A stretch of DNA of 14,849 bases from Armatimonadota bacterium (GTDB taxonomy: Bacteria > Sysuimicrobiota > Sysuimicrobiia > Sysuimicrobiales > Humicultoraceae). The stretch's first letter is position 1. Every line of letters starts with the position of its first letter. The notes under the pieces were generated by a model that saw only the letters and a program-made list of their open reading frames with translations, did not search any database and had not been told where the DNA came from. The position numbers and the translations under genes were made by a program. Below are positions 14,121-14,849 of the stretch, piece after piece. The stretch is from contig JBBIJB010000060.1 in assembly GCA_037446215.1 (NCBI GenBank), positions 1 through 14,849 of the forward strand. The letters are read 5' to 3'.

Positions 14121-14849
14121 GGATCCTTCCCACGCTGACCTGTGTTTCCTCAACACCTCTTCTCTGGCGAGCCGTCCGGTCAAAGCCGATTGTGCGCCCG
14201 GAGTGCGCCTAGGCGGCAACTGCTGGAGGAGTAGACTCACCGCGGGCGCACCTATGACCCCTAGTGCACTGGTCACAATGGGGCAGACAGGACGGGCGTG
14301 GGGGTCTATGCGTCGGAGAGACCGGGCCGTCCGTCGCTGTGCGGGTTCACTTCGATGTTCCAAGCGGCACCCCCAACTCAAGGGCGGAGCGCTGGCTCGG
14401 TCAAGTGTTTGGGCCAGGCCAGAATCTGGAACATCCCTGGGCGGGTCAGGACCGGCTGGCCCCTATCGTGCGTGAAGTACCTGCGCTATGGTGAGTGCTT
14501 CCGACGCGGCGAGAGGCCTCCGGGGCACAAGACCAGAACGCGCGGCAGCTCTCTGGGAGGGGCCCAGTCCACCACGGTGGACTTCACAGCAGAGGCCGGC
14601 CTTGACAGGCCAAGCAAAGGCACATCTCAGCCATCATCCTCTCATCTCCAGGAGCTGGTCCTATGGTCACAGGGATCTTTGCCGATCTCTGGATGAAACC
14701 GAAGGTAGCGCGACTTCCGGCCTCCCGGTAGCCCTAGGGGCTTCGGCGTTCTTCGACCTGGCGATCTCGGTGCCCTCGGGCGAGTGCTCCGCGTGACGGT
14801 GGTTTCGCCGACGCCCCGTTCGGTGGGGCATCCAGCTCCGCATCTGAGG
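14121..14849. other. Apparently non-coding, stem-rich region downstream of tRNA-Thr (possible island edge, decayed DNA or structured RNA)
   Basis: No ORF in any frame has a recognisable protein character. By eye the GC content is slightly lower than in the genes. There are many inverted repeats (see findings). Confidence 0.45.

Noticed and set aside
14169..14260. GTGCGCCCGG (14192) resembles a group II intron 5' end, and GAGCCGT (14169) the start of domain V
   Set aside because: The order is wrong, there is no complete domain V stem or reverse-transcriptase ORF, and the GTGCG is instead paired in a local hairpin.
14203..14796. Short ORFs of 76-132 aa in the tail region
   Set aside because: They overlap one another, lack convincing RBSs, and show no recognisable motifs such as integrase catalytic residues.
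3620..14846. 11-bp inverted match CAGATGCGGAG (3620-3630) with CTCCGCATCTG (14836-14846)
   Set aside because: Many 11-mer matches are expected by chance in 15 kb of GC-rich DNA; there is no transposase or target duplication.
14600..14849. Possible c-di-GMP riboswitch, RNase P RNA or tmRNA in the tail region
   Set aside because: The hallmark sequences (GNRA loop with receptor plus GCAAA core; GAGGAAAGUCC; tRNA-like ends with a tag ORF) were not found on either strand.
1..14849. CRISPR array, IS element or defence system
   Set aside because: No regularly spaced repeats and no transposase, recombinase, nuclease or RT motifs were seen.

Overview
High-GC bacterial chromosomal segment that looks mostly like housekeeping or variable core; the taxon cannot be fixed from sequence alone. 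From left to right on the + strand: a 5'-truncated atypical SDR, an M20-family metallohydrolase and a membrane-bound HAMP-GAF-GGDEF diguanylate cyclase (apparent operon); tRNA-Glu(TTC); a 77-aa two-TM protein; an orphan NMT1/THI5-type substrate-binding protein; and a 46-aa one-TM ORF. Then a - strand MFP + RND efflux pair, a divergent 174-aa hypothetical gene, and a - strand family-5 uracil-DNA glycosylase coupled to a GT39/ArnT-like glycosyltransferase. Next come tRNA-Val(CAC) directly ahead of an M29 aminopeptidase, a convergent 90-aa acidic hypothetical gene, tRNA-Thr(CGT), and about 730 nt with no convincing ORF but many stems. I see no CRISPR array, transposase, integrase or rRNA. I cannot claim a clear novel system. 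The best leads are (i) the operon joining two enzymes with non-canonical active sites (M20 with His->Met and Asp->Asn at metal-ligand positions; SDR with SxxxR for YxxxK) to a DGC whose HAMP carries a Cys-x4-Cys insert, (ii) the orphan binding protein flanked by tiny membrane proteins, and (iii) the nested, foldable non-coding stretch after tRNA-Thr.
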